Source: Octopus vulgaris (taxonomy: Eukaryota). From it: 64,000 nt of DNA. The stretch covers positions 93,744,001 to 93,808,000 of the forward strand of contig OX597821.1 of the NCBI GenBank assembly GCA_951406725.2, in the 5' to 3' direction. The position numbers were made by a program, and so were the translations under genes. Position 1 is the stretch's first letter; every line of letters starts with the position of its first letter. Below the pieces are notes generated by a model. It was given only the letters and a program-made list of their open reading frames with translations, was not told where the DNA came from and did not search any database. Below are positions 12,457 through 25,270 of this stretch, piece after piece.

Positions 12457-13658
12457 TGGTCATCCGACAGAATTTTGTGCCGTTTTTGTCAACCAAATTT
12501 TCATCAAAAGACTTTGAATTAACTGAAACTATGATAGAAGACCCTTACATAACGGGCTTCGTTGTGGAATCGAACTAGAAGCCACGTAGTTGTAAAATGA
12601 ACTACTTAACTACACAAGTATGCTTGCGTTTGATGAGAAAGCCAATTTAAATTATCCATTCTGATATTGTACCTAGATCTTTCTGGAAGCTTTCCATTCT
12701 GTCTACAATTCTCATACACACACACAGTTCATTTAATTACTTAGTGAAACCCTACCTCCCCAACCAAAGTATTACTTCTTTAGTTTAATCTACACTCCAA
12801 ATAGTCTTTCTAAATCTAGAAGATCCATGGGTTACATGGCTATAAAATATATATCACACCAACTCTGCAAATTTTATTGCTCTGTGTGTGTACGTGTGCA
12901 TGCATGAGTGTTTGCCGGTGTTTTGTGAATCGCTAGAAATTTCAATATCTTTGACCGTGGTTGCAGACAGACCCGACTAACACCACCACCACCACAAGCT
13001 TCTTATAACAATATGGTATACTGTTAATGAATCATTTGAGTTCAGATATTGCCTGAATGATTACAGCTCTTTCATGAACGTGTGTAGCTTCTATCTTTGA
13101 AACATTGCTAATCTGTTTTATTTACCTCTCTCTATCTCATTACGTCTTTCTCTCTCCCTCTTTAATGTTGTTCTGTGGTATTCTATGAATTTAATTGTCT
13201 TCTCTATTACTTTTCTTGGTGTCGCATAGAATCAGCACATGAGAGAGTTGTATCGACTGTGTTGACAGGACTGACGCCCATCATATCAATACTGCAAAAC
13301 GTAAGGGTGGTGTCAGATGTGAACACCCTTAATCATTATTAAGCAACCTCACCCGCAACAGTAACAACTTCTTTCTTTTCAGACAAGAAAGTTTCTTTGA
13401 GCTAACAAAGGAACCTAAACGTGATCACTCTGCCTGTCAAATCCCCTTCAACTTACACCATATCTTTAAAACGACACATTATAGGCCAAGACACTATATC
13501 TGGAAAAAAAAAATGGATGGGTAGAGTAATGGTTGGAACATTTCTCATTATATGTCTGTTGAAGCTTGCCGTCTGTGAAAATAACAGAATTGTAGAAAAT
13601 TAATTCCAGATTGAGTTACGTTGGATAAGCTTATTCACTATATATTTGACTTTATAAT

Positions 13659-14020
13659 GGGAAGCGCTCCGTCGGTTACGACGACGAGGAACAGCCTACT
13701 CGTGAAATTAACGTGCAAGTGGCTGAGCACTCCACAGACACGTGTACCCTTAACGTAGTTCTCGGAGATATTCAGCGTGACACAGAGAGTGACAAGGCCG
13801 GTCCTTTGAAATACAGGTACAACAGAAACAGGAAGTAAGAGTGAGAGAAAGTTGTGGTGAATGAGTACAGCAGGGATCACCACCATCCCCTGCCGGAGCC
13901 TCGTGGAGCTTTTAGGTGTTTTCGCTCAATAAACACTCACAACGCCCGGTCTGGGAATCGAAACCACGATCCTATGACCGCGAGTCCGCTGCCCTAACCA
14001 CTGGGCCATTGCGCCTCCAC
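13659..14020 (-). mobile_element. SINE family C (tRNA-derived), full length
   Basis: A-box TGGCCCAGTGG; B-box GGTTTCGATTCCC; 12-bp TSD TGACTTTATAAT. Confidence 0.92.
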
Positions 14021-14359
14021 TGACTTTATAATATAAGTGTTCGGGATTAATTGTTCTTGGGAATTTTATTTGCTGATACGTTAATTCTCATAACAGAATA
14101 GGAAATAAGGTTTCCAAAAAGTTCCAAAGCTGGTCTAATCGCCTAGAATTTCATACTATATACTCAAAGGTACAACGGGGAAACAAAAAGAAAGTGTTGG
14201 ATTTCTGGTATGTTAACGAAGAATTAGAAACTCAAATGCGATAGATTCATATAAGTAGTTGAGCGGAAAAGCATCCATGAAATAAAATCCGTGACCTTCT
14301 CAAGAATTCCATCAATAAATAATTAAAAGAAATTCATGATGTTGTAGCTTTTGTCGGTA

Positions 14360-14460
14360 ACATGGGTATGAAAGGTAGACTGTATGGGGTATGTATGAGA
14401 AGTGATGTATTGAATAGCACTGAATGGCATGAGTTGTGAATGTAGAAATCTTCGGAGGCT
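14360..14460 (+). pseudogene. RTE LINE ORF remnant
   Basis: KGRLYGVCMRSDVLNSTEW resembles the RTE C-terminal KGRLY..CVRS..L.GSETW motif. Confidence 0.55.
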
Positions 14461-14827
14461 GGGGTCAAGTTACACAAGCATGATCTATTAGATGTATAAT
14501 GTTAAGCTGCACAAAAGGTCGAGGATTAATGAGATAAGAGCACTCCGACATTTCCTTTTTCACAATGACTCATACGTGCAATCAGATCAAAAAAAATCTG
14601 TTTCGTGAAAACTTTTGTGTCATTGTACATACTAACTAGAAGTAACTTCGATAGTGTCTTGCTATAATCACTGTGAAAAGCAGAAGAGTGAATGTTGAAG
14701 AGCCAGGAAATTCGTAAAATTATATTTTGTTACAGTCTAAATTTATAAACTGGCATGTTTTGAGGAAGAGATGAAAGTAGGAAAGTGTGTGTGTTTGTGT
14801 GTTTGTGTGTGTTTGTGTGTGTGTGTG

Positions 14828-15414
14828 CGTAACAAATAGCTTCCTAGGTTCTAAGCCAGGATTCGAAATCAAATCTACATTTTTCTACAAGTTCTTTCCT
14901 ATTGTTCTCGGCTTTTGCACTTAGAAATTTATGAGAGTCACCTATGACATATGGCTAAGTTCTATTCTTTAACTAACTATTTTGAGTCAAATTAGGTCAA
15001 GGCAGACAGGGAACAGAAAATCCTTTGTTTAGCCTGACCTAATTTATTTAGGAAAAAATATAAATACAGAACCCCAAATAGTTTCTACCTCTTTCAATTG
15101 GTGTCAGCCCAAAAGATTATGCCTGTGTTTTCTTTTCCTTCACTTATGGATTGACACTGCACAACACCACGGTTTTTGCCCTTTCTACTTGTCAAAACAG
15201 TGCGGCAGACGATCTTGCTCTTTCTCCATCTCTCTCCTTTTTCACCAGTCTTCTAGCAGGCATTCACAGATTAAGCTAACTACGTAGAGACTGGATAATA
15301 GAACTGCAAATAATCATTGTACAACAACTCGAAGAAGTTGCATCTTACATTGTAACGATAAAGCAACAGACCATTTCAACTAATAACATTTTCTTCCTCT
15401 TATTTATTTTCTAC
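14828..15414 (+). mobile_element. Diverged LTR-like repeat inserted in (TG)n
   Basis: Homologous to 9114-9746; TATA-like TATAAATA; ends TTCTACA. Confidence 0.45.
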
Positions 15415-15783
15415 ATTGTGTGTGTATGTCTATTCATTTGGTCACTCGTCAGGTTTATGTTTGTTTTTCCATGCTAGCATGGGTTAGATGAACACTTATT
15501 GAAGACTTGCTCCACAACCGGATGCCCTTCCAGTCGTCATTCGTTATTTTTTAATCTTTTAAATAATTTTTTTCTTATTCAGCTTTAGAAAACACTGAGC
15601 CAGAGGACGATTTGTTGACAGTGAACGACAACATAACATCACTGTTTACTGCTCAACGATTCAATAAGACGCTGCGCATGTATATGTGTATATATTTATG
15701 TATGTATATCACACATCTGTACACCGTTTAACTCAGTACCCACGTCACACACACCACTAAGCAAACACCGACACACACTTCTT

Positions 15784-16017
15784 GAAGGCGGCGAGCTGGC
15801 AGAAACGTTAACACGCCGGGCGAAATGTATAGCCGTATTTCGTCTGCCGCTACGTTCTGAGTTCAAATTCCGCCGAGGTCGACTTTGCCTTTCATCCTTT
15901 CGGGGTCGATTAAATAAGTACCAGTTACGCATTGGGGTCGATGTAATTGACTTAATCCCTTTGTCTGTGCTTGTTTGTCCCCTCTATGTTTAGCCCCCTG
16001 TGAGCAATAAAGAAATA
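15784..16017 (+). mobile_element. SINE family A, full length
   Basis: AAGGCGGCGAGCTGGCAGAAA head; 14-bp TSD GACACACACTTCTT. Confidence 0.93.
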
Positions 16018-16537
16018 GACACACACTTCTTCCCACTCCACATACACTAACACCAAGCACCTCCAATCACTTTATCCCACTCCATGTCTCCATACATTTC
16101 CCCCACAACACATACATATATGTCACATGGCCTCATACACACATACAAAACGTCCTAACACACATACACATATCCACAAACACAGAACATCACACTCACA
16201 TCAACTCCATATACACACACACTTTATCCAACACCCCATTCACACACACACCAACTAGTTGCAGTGGCTACACTCGCTCACATACATACACTCGCATATA
16301 CACACACAATATTCACCCATACACACACATAATACACACACCCACAACATGCATAAACATACAATATTCACGCATAAACACACACAATGTACATGCACAC
16401 TACAGTGTCTCACACACACACACTTGATACACAAACACACACAAGTACAAATGCACACACGCTACTCACTCATGCATACATTAGCTGATACACACGTGCG
16501 CTTGCGCATACGCACACACCTGATAACTTTATATATA

Positions 16538-17050
16538 TCTATATATATATAAAACTGTAGTTGTGTGAGTGTCTGTCCCCTTCGATTTAAATTCCTAACT
16601 ATCCCACATTTTGCGGTGCAGTGTAACCAAAACCGGGTATCTTATAGTCGTGATTCATATCGAGCCCGTCTGGGTATTAGCGCGCGTCTACGATGAGTCT
16701 ACAATTTTTAAAATAATTTAACATCATTTTTTTATTCCATTTTAATGCATTATTTTTCGTGTGTCGATGGCGGCGGAGTTGGCGTCCATGGTCACACCTG
16801 CACCTGTTTGCTTCTCCCCTTCTTCCCCCCCTCGTGAAGCTGTGGGGAAGGGAGTGTAAGGAAATCAACGTCGTAAAGCGTTGTCAAGGAGACCAGCGTT
16901 CTTTTAGAACAACGACTTCATGGCTTGAAGACACCAAAACAGAAATGGCTAAGAAACCCGAATTGGCATCTATAAGGGAAGTAACTCTCTAAAAATGCTT
17001 ATATAGTTATTTCCCTTACAAACCCGAGCAACGCCGGGCGATACTGCTAG
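16538..17050 (+). mobile_element. Non-autonomous Helitron, copy 1
   Basis: A|TC 5' end; subterminal hairpin CCCGAGCAACGCCGGG; CTAG 3' end. Confidence 0.85.
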
Positions 17051-17444
17051 TCTTTATATATAAAAGAGAGGTTGTGTGTCTGTCTCCTACGATTTAGATT
17101 CCTAACTACTCCCACATTTTGCGGTGCAGTTTAACCAAAACCGGGTATCTTATAGTCGTGATTCATATCGAGCCCTTCTGGGTATTAGCGCGCGTCTACG
17201 ATGAGTCTACGATTTAAAAAAAAATTACCATCATTTTTTTCCATTTTTAATGCATTTTTGGCATATATAAGGGAAGTAACTCTCTAAAAATTTATTATTA
17301 AATCTCAGAACGTAAAAAGCTACAGTAACACCCCCCTCCTTTGTGGTTAGCCATATTGAGATGGCTATTATACTTTACATCTCTAAAAATGCTTATATAG
17401 TTATTTACCTTACAAACCCGAGCAACGCCGGGCGATACTGCTAG
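17051..17444 (+). mobile_element. Non-autonomous Helitron, copy 2 (head-to-tail)
   Basis: TC start directly after copy 1 CTAG; same hairpin; CTAG|T end; different interior. Confidence 0.85.
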
Positions 17445-17808
17445 TACTATATACAACTCCACACACTCCCACACCTATACACACGTCCTCATAAACACAC
17501 AGAGCATACATCACTCCACCTAGCACACGTATTATACTTGCTTATTTATACACATATACACACACGCTTCCATATGCACACACACACACATACACAAACA
17601 CAGACTTACATAATCTAATGCTCATCCGCACATAGACACACACACGCTCTCCCCCTCCCCTCTCCACACACACACATATACACTCACACTTGCCTTTATC
17701 ACATACATACGTTTGTGCATCCCAGTTTAACCAGGTCGCTGTTATTTCCCCTTCCATTGGCCCCTTCCTTCTGGTCATTTCAACATGTGGAACTGTTAAT
17801 TCTGACCC

Positions 17809-17810
<2 letters not shown>

Positions 17811-17901
<91 letters not shown>
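17811..17901. repeat. (CT)n microsatellite
   Basis: Perfect CT run. Confidence 0.98.
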
Positions 17902-17906
<5 letters not shown>

Positions 17907-17939
17907 CTTTCTTTCTCTTTCTCTCCATTTTTTTCCTTC

Positions 17940-18070
17940 TCATCCCTTTCTGTTGAAGAGCCTAGGTTTGAAACGTCAAAAACTTTTCCCTTTTTCTTGA
18001 TTGTCAAACTTATACACCTACTTATTGTTCCCTCGCCTGTCTCTTCCTTTTGTTTTCTGTACATTTAAAC
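17940..18070 (+). mobile_element. Penelope-like fragment with minimal hammerhead motif (17947-17980)
   Basis: TTT-CTGTTGA-A-GAGC ctag GTTT-GAAA-CG-TC-AAA. Confidence 0.65.
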
Positions 18071-18973
18071 CATATGTATATGTATATATGTCCTAGGCCT
18101 CCGTGCAGTTTCTGTCTGTCAATTACGCTCACAGTTGGGTATTGACAGGCCCGAGGCTACTATAGAAGACATTTGCCCTAGATGCCAAGAAGAGAGTTAT
18201 AACTAAACACCAAATGGAACTGAAGTGAACTCCATATTCACACAGCCATGCCTGTGCCTATATATACATTTAAGTGTTGATCAGTACTAATCAAAACATA
18301 TCTATAATTTATATCTATTGATTTACTTTATTAATATCGTTAATGATAATAGAAAAGCTTTGAATCTTATAATGCGATTTATCATTCATTCCATAAAACT
18401 TTCGCAAATGTTCTTACCTCGCTAAATATTACATTCATTAATCATGCATAATAAACTACTATGGAAACACAGAATTCTTTGTGCGTCATTGGGTTACTGC
18501 TAAAGACAGTATTCATGCAGTTTATCATAACAACAGCAATTGGGTAGAATCCACTGGTCTCCAAGTGAAACATAAAAGTGGGGTTTGAGTGCTTTACACC
18601 AAGATAATAAAATACTTGTTTATTTTACAAAATTCCTGTTATTCATTGTGGCAAGCCTTTACTTTATACTTAGCTCTTCATAATAGATGGCATAACCATT
18701 AAGAATTAAGAAGTTTGCCAGTAAGGTAGAAACATCTATGGTCTCTGATGCCATCAACTCAAAAGTTTTGATATTTTAACAGACTCAATTTATCTCAGAA
18801 CTTGGCGTTTTTTTTCTAGTAGAATAGCAGTAAACAGTAGGAGTGGTCACAAAAGGAAATCCATAATTTCTCAAATTGTTCAAAGGTACGCAATATCTTT
18901 TATGTTTGGCTGCACCTGTGGAAATTTTAAAGTTTAGTGAAAATTTTAAAATTTTGTGTATTAATAAAAATCA

Positions 18974-21058
18974 AATGGAAATTGTAGTTGTGATACCCGT
19001 GCCGGTGGCACATAAAAAGCACCATCCGAACGTGGCCAATGCCAGTGCTGCCTTGACTGGCTTCTGTGCCAGTGGCACATAAAAAGCACCATCCGAATGT
19101 GGCCGATGCCAGTGCTGCCTTGACTGGCTTCCGTGCCAGTGGCACATAAAAAGCACCATCCGAATGTGGCCGATGCCAGTACTGCCTTGACTGGCTTCCA
19201 TGCCGGTTGCACATAAAAAGCACCATCCGAATGTGGCTGATGCCAGTACTGCCTTGACTGGCTTCCATGCCGGTGGCACATAAAAAGCACCATCCGAATG
19301 TGGCCGATGCCAGTACTGCCTTGACTAGCTTCCGTGCCAGTGGCACATAAAAAGCACCATACGAATGTGGCCAATGCCAGTACTGCCTTGACTGGCTTCC
19401 GTGCCGGTTGCACATAAAAAGCACCATCCGAATGTGGCCGATGCCAGTACTGCCTTGACTGGCTTCCGTGCCAGTGGCACATAAAAAGCACCATCCGAAT
19501 GTGGCCGATGCCAGTACTGCCTTGACTGGCTTCGTGCCAGTGGCACATAAAAGCACCATCCGAATGTGGCCGATGCCAGTACTGCCTTGACTGGCTTCCG
19601 TGCCAGTGGCACATAAAAAGCACCATCCGAATGTGGCCGATGCCAGTACTGCCTTGACTGGCTTCGTGCCAGTGGCACATAAAAGCACGATCCGAATGTG
19701 GCCGATGCCAGTACTGCCTTGACTGGCTTCCGTGGCAGTGGCACATAAAAAGCACCATCCGAATGTGGCCGATGTCAGCACTGCCTTCACTGGCTTCTGT
19801 GCCGGTGGCACATAAAAAGCACCATCCAAATGTGGCCGATGCCAGTACTGCCTTGACTGGCTTCCGTGCCAGTGGCACATAAAAAGCACCATCCGAATGT
19901 GGCCGATGTCAGCACTGCCTTGACTGGCTTCTGTGCCGGTGGCACATAAAAAGCACCATCCGAATGTGGCCGATGCCAGTACTGCCTTGACTGGCTTCCG
20001 TGCCGGTGGCACATAAAAAGCACCATCCGAATGTGGCCGATGCCAGTACTGCCTTGACTGGCTTCGTGCCAGTGGCACATAAAAAGCACCATCCGAATGT
20101 GGCCGATGCCAGTACTGCCTTGACTGGCTTCCGTGCCGGTGGCACATAAAAAGCACCATCCGAATGTGGCCGATGCCAGTGCTGCCTTGACTGGCTTCCG
20201 TGCCAGTGGCACATAAAAAGCACCATCCGAATGTGGCCGATGCCAGTACTGCCTTGACTGGCTTCCGTGCCAGTGGCACATAAAAAGCACCATCCGAATG
20301 TGGCTGATGCCAGTACTGCCTTGACTGGCTTCCGTGCCGGTGGCACATAAAAAGCACCATCCGAATGTGGCCGATGCCAGTACTGCCTTGACTGGCTTCC
20401 GTGCCAGTGGCACATAAAAAGCACCATCCGAATGTGGCCGATGCCAGTACTGCCTTGACTGGCTTCCATGCCAGTGGCACATAAAAAGCACCATCCGAAT
20501 GTGGCCGATGCCAGTACTGCCTTGACTGGCTTCCGTGCCAGTGGCACATAAAAAGCACCATCCGAATGTGGCCGATGCCAGTACTGCCTTGACTGGCTTC
20601 CGTGCCGGTGGCACATAAAAAGCACCATCCGAATGTGGCCGATGCCAGTACTGCCTTGACTGGCTTCCGTGCCAGTGGCACATAAAAAGCACCATCCAAA
20701 TGTGGCCGATGCCAGTACTGCCTTGACTGGCTTCCGTGCCGGTGGCACATAAAAAGCACCATCCGAATGTGGCCGATGCCAGTGCTGCCTTGACTGGCTT
20801 CCGTGCCAGTGGCACATAAAAAGCACCAACCGATCGTGGCTGTTGTCAGCCTCCTCTGGCCCCTATGCCAATGGCACATAAAAAGTACCCACTACACTCA
20901 CGGAGTGGTTGGCGTTGGGAAGGGCATCCAGCAGTAGAAACACTGCCAGATCAGACTGGGCCTGGTGCAGTCTTCTGACTTCTCAGACCCCTGTTGAACC
21001 GTCCAACCCATGCTAGCATGGAAAGCGGATGTTAAACAATGATGATAATGATGATGAT
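18974..21058 (+). mobile_element. RTE LINE 3' UTR (family E) carrying an expanded minisatellite
   Basis: Collinear with the reverse complement of 36943-37360 and with 49040-49365; (GAT)n tail. Confidence 0.8.
18999..20802. repeat. 67-bp minisatellite, 27 units
   Basis: Unit GTGCCAGTGGCACATAAAAAGCACCATCCGAATGTGGCCGATGCCAGTACTGCCTTGACTGGCTTCC; 1804 bp = 27x67 minus five 1-bp deletions. Confidence 0.95.
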
Positions 21059-21659
21059 AAAGGTGGCGAACTGACAGAATCGTTAGCATACCAGATGAAA
21101 GCTTATCAGCATTTCTTCCAGCTTCATGCTCTGAGTTCAAATGCCACTGAGGTCAATTTTGTTGTTCATCCTTTTGGGATTGATAAGATAAGTAGCAGCT
21201 GACCACTTGAACCAAGGTAAATGACTTACCCACTTTCTCTAAAATGACTGGCCTTGTATCAAAATTTAAGAGAATCTTATGAGGCTTATTTCATTAACAT
21301 CATCAAGATAATTAAACAAAGCCAAATTAGATGTGAAAGGATATACCCATTATGCAACAGAATTGTGTGTAGTTTGTGATTTACAATTACTTACTACTCA
21401 GGGTCAGATGGTGATGATGTTCACTTCTCAACTATGTAATTTCTGGTTTCATTCCACCATGCAAGTGACTTCTACTGTGGTTTCAGGTCGATCAAAGGGA
21501 AATTACTGGTTTTTTGAAGCTTTATCGCTCAAATCAAAGCCAATTTCTGATCCCACATTTATATATTTTTGCTCAAAATGTCCTTGTGTAACATCTTGGG
21601 GGCAAATACAAGTTGCAAAATGAACTTCTTTATCATATGGCTTTGCTGCAACTTCGTAC

Positions 21660-21950
21660 ATACAGAGAATCTCTCTGTTATCGAATACATACTCAAATAC
21701 ATGCACAAGGAAAACTGAGGGACCATTCCAATCAAAACATCTCTAAAATGTAAGCATAACAGGCTGGATGTCGTTGTTTGGGACAGACAAGAAAAATTAT
21801 GTACTATCATAGGGATCAGTTGTCCTGCTGATGTGAATATCTCTTTGAAAATTTAAAGAGAAAGAAGATAACTATGGACAACTACTTCGAAACTTTCAGT
21901 TTCTATATCCATATTATAAGTTTACATTTATACCAATAATAATTGGAGCA
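21660..21950 (+). pseudogene. R4/Dong-type non-LTR retrotransposon restriction-like endonuclease remnant
   Basis: IPIKTSLKCKHNRLDVVVWDRQEKLCTIIGISCPADVNI / KEKEDNYGQL...FIPIIIGA fits the NRPD..E..K RLE layout; frameshifted. Confidence 0.75.
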
Positions 21951-22118
21951 CAACATACAGATATAGGTGCAAGCGTGGTTGTGTGGTAAGAAGCTTGCTT
22001 CTCAATCACATGGTTCCAGGTTCAGTTCCATTTGGGCAAATGTCTTCTACTATAGTCTCAGGCCAACCAAAGCCTTGTGAATGGATTTGGTAGACAGAAA
22101 CCGAAAGAAGCATTCATG

Positions 22119-22164
<46 letters not shown>

Positions 22165-22165
<1 letters not shown>

Positions 22166-22345
22166 GCCATGATAGATCGTTAGCCACTACACACATTTTT
22201 TTCTCTCCTTGTTTTCTGTGTCCCTTTCTGTAGAAGAGCGTAGGCTAAAAATGTAAAAGACTTTTTCTATTCCTGAGCATTATACTAATAGATCCGTTTG
22301 TTTTGTACATCACCTGTCTTCGTCCTTTGTTTTTTCGTAAACTGT

Positions 22346-22348
<3 letters not shown>
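22165..22348 (+). mobile_element. Penelope-like fragment with degenerate hammerhead
   Basis: Reverse complement of 7912-8085; CTGTAGA-A-GAGC gtag GCTA-AAAA; flanked by (TA)n. Confidence 0.7.
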
Positions 22349-22388
<40 letters not shown>

Positions 22389-22555
22389 TGTGTGTATTTT
22401 TCCCTTGTTAACAATTAACAGGAAAAAAATAGATAAATATTTATCAGGGTAGCAAAAAATCACACAAGTAAAAAGGTTGTAACTCCTTGTTTTTAAAGGT
22501 AGGAACTTCGGGTTCACAAGAAATTTTTTATATAATATATATATAAATAAATAAT

Positions 22556-22717
22556 TGGAGTTAAACACAGGTGTTATTCAAATTCTTTTACTTCCAACAT
22601 ATATTTTGAAGATGTCACTGTTTTACACCATTTTATTCCTTTGGAATAATACCAGTGATATCTTCTAAACATATGTCGGAAGTAAAAGAATTTGAATAAC
22701 ACCTGCGTTTAACTCCA
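22556..22717. repeat. Inverted repeat (~70-bp arms)
   Basis: GGAGTTAAACACAGGTGTTATTCAAATTCTTTTACTTCC / GGAAGTAAAAGAATTTGAATAACACCTGCGTTTAACTCC. Confidence 0.88.
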
Positions 22718-23185
22718 TTTATTTATATGTATATATATAAAAAATTAATCAAAGAACATACTAAGTATGCTACACTAGATAATAATAGAGTTAATGATAT
22801 CTTTGCAAATATTTTTTCTCCTGAATTATTTGCTATGTGTTGAAATATATATGTATGTATGTACGGGTGTATGTGTGTGTGTGTGTGTATGTGTGTGTGT
22901 GTCTTTGTGTCTGTGTTTCTCTCTTCACTATTGCTTGACAACCAATGTTGGTGTATTTATGTACCCATAACTTAGCAGTTCAGCAAAAGAGACTGATAGA
23001 ATAAATACTAGTCAAACAAAGAATAAGTGCTGGGGTTGATTTAATTTATACTTTTATGATATAGGCTCAAATCTTACTGAAGTTGATTGTATATTTCTTT
23101 GACTAAAAACACTTTAAGGCTAAAAACTCCAGCATGACTGCAGTCAAATGACAAAAACAAGTAAAAGAGTAAAAGGGAATACATA

Positions 23186-23470
23186 CAAGGGTTGTCTTGA
23201 AAGTTATACAAAAGTGAGCATAACTTTTTTATTAACGCACTGAGGTCACGTGTTGGTAGAGTAACACCTACTCTATACAAAATTTCTACTTAACATTGTA
23301 GTCTCCATCACAAGCAATGCATTTACCCCCAGATGTTGAATCCTCTTTGAAAGATTCAGGTGTGCACTTATGTAACCATTTCATCACAGATATGTTTACC
23401 TTGTCTGAGTCATCAAATCGTTGTTCCTGAAGACCATCATTTATTTGACCATAGGAGGGTACCAGATCTA
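23186..23470 (-). mobile_element. mariner 3'-end remnant
   Basis: TA-CAAGGGTTGTCTTGAAAGTT TIR-like end; minus strand GKCIACDGDY C-terminal motif. Confidence 0.55.
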
Positions 23471-23479
23471 AGGTAGATG

Positions 23480-23645
23480 GGGCATAAGAGTAGCTGTGTG
23501 GTAAATAGCTTGCTTACCAACCACATGGTTCCGGGTTCAGTCCCACTGCATGGAACCTTGGGCAAGTGTCTTCTACTATAGCCTCAGGCCGACAAAAGCC
23601 TTGCTAGTGGATTTGGTAGATGGAAACTGAAAGAAGCTCATCGTA

Positions 23646-23708
<63 letters not shown>

Positions 23709-23950
23709 ATGTGTGTGTATGTGTGTGTGTGTGTGTGTGTATGTTTGTGTGTCAGTGTTTGTCCCCCTAAGATCGCTTGACAATTGATGCTGGTGTGTTT
23801 ACGTCCCTGTAACTTAGCAGTTCTGCAAAAGTGACCGATAGAATAAGTACTAGGCTTACAAAGAATAAGTCCTGGGGTCGATTTGCTTAACTAAACGCAG
23901 TGCTCCAGCATGGCTGCAGTCAAATGACTGAAACAAATAAAAGAGGAAAG
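23480..23950 (+). mobile_element. SINE family B (tRNA head, internal (TA)/(TG) tract)
   Basis: B-box GGTTCAGTCCC; CCTTGGGCAAG; tail CAGTCAAATGACTGAAACAA. Confidence 0.9.
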
Positions 23951-24619
23951 AGAGCAGAACTGAACCAAAACCACGTGGTTGAGAAGCAAACAGCTTAACC
24001 ACTCAGCCAATGCCAGCTTTCAAACATAAAAGATGAAAAATGATTTATACATTATTTTCTTACATGACATTGTATTTTGCTGCAATACCAATTTTCAAAT
24101 GTATACTATGTGTACTATGTGTACTGCAGCATTTCTTTCAAAAGTTTTACAATGGAGATGGAAGATCTCAAAGACAAAAATGGAAATGAAGAACGGTAAA
24201 GTGATATGTTTCAGTTGTTATAAATTATCTTGTGGAGATGTTAAGGGAAGAAAATATATGCCAAACTCGTTTGAGAAATCACTCAAGTATTGGTTGTTGG
24301 CATTCTAACAATTTCAGACTATTTAAAAGATATGCAAACAACTGAAGAAGTTTAATAATTGGATCCTATGTGAATACAATAACAACTAAACGATGCATAA
24401 ATGACATACCAAGAAGAACGTTTCCATAAGTTATAAAATGTTGCCTCTTCAAACATTTTCTCCACAACATTTGTTGTCACCAAGCGACAATCATTTAACT
24501 GTAGTGGTTGGCAGAATGAGTAATAAGCATTGCAATATTTAGTTTCTGGGTTGTACTTAGTTCAAATCCTGCCAATACAGATTGTGCCCTTCATCCTTCA
24601 GCGATTGATAAAACAATCT

Positions 24620-24836
24620 GTTTCTTTACTACCCACAAGGGCTAAACATAGAGAGGACAAACAAGGACAGACAGACGGATTAAGTCGATTATATCGACCT
24701 CAGTGCGTAACTGCCACTTATTTAATCGACTCCGAAAGGATGAAAGGCAAAGTTGACCTCGGCAGAATTTGAACTCAGAGCGTAACAGCAGACGAAATAC
24801 CGCTTAGCATTTCGCCCAGCGTGTTAACGTTTCTGC
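24620..24836 (-). mobile_element. SINE family A nested in an older family A copy
   Basis: Family A reverse complement; older + strand copy 24505-24610 resumes at ~24840. Confidence 0.8.
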
Positions 24837-25270
24837 TAATCAAATACTGATCAAGTACTGGGTCGATATAAATCACTGTATCCACCCTCCCTTCTAAAAA
24901 TAAAAAGATTTGCAGGTTCATATAAACACTTTCTAATTTGGGCACAAGGCCAGCAATTTTGAGAGGATGGGGGCAAGTCGGTTAAATCAGCCCCAGTACT
25001 TGACTAATAATTTAATGTTATCACCCATGAAAGGATGAAAAGCAAAGTGGACCTTGACGGAGAGGGAATAAGTAATGAGTAGTGGACATGGCCAAGAGAG
25101 TGATGAGTACACAAGGAAGAGGAACTGGAAGTTGGTGGAATGGATGTATTGGATTCAGCGTAATCCTTCGTCCATCAGGCATCGTGAAAGATGAGAGATA
25201 TTAATAACAATTATGTATTTATTGGTAGGAGAAAGAGAGCGGGGAGAACGATTGAGGTGTATCAGATACC

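Larger units (their letters stand above)
21965..23175 (+). mobile_element. SINE family B split by insertions in its internal microsatellite
   Basis: 5' half 21965-22120 and 3' half ~22900-23175; Penelope-like pieces in between. Confidence 0.7.

Noticed and set aside
18927-20879. 650-aa and overlapping long ORFs
   Set aside because: By-product of a stop-poor 67-bp tandem repeat cycling through all three frames; no protein domain.
18999-20880. CRISPR-like array (palindromic repeat at regular spacing)
   Set aside because: Intervening sequences are identical rather than unique spacers; no cas genes; eukaryotic LINE-UTR context.
21503-21706. Minus-strand 67-aa ORF with protein-like composition
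   Set aside because: No recognisable family; overlaps the R4/Dong remnant on the opposite strand; cannot be supported without a search.
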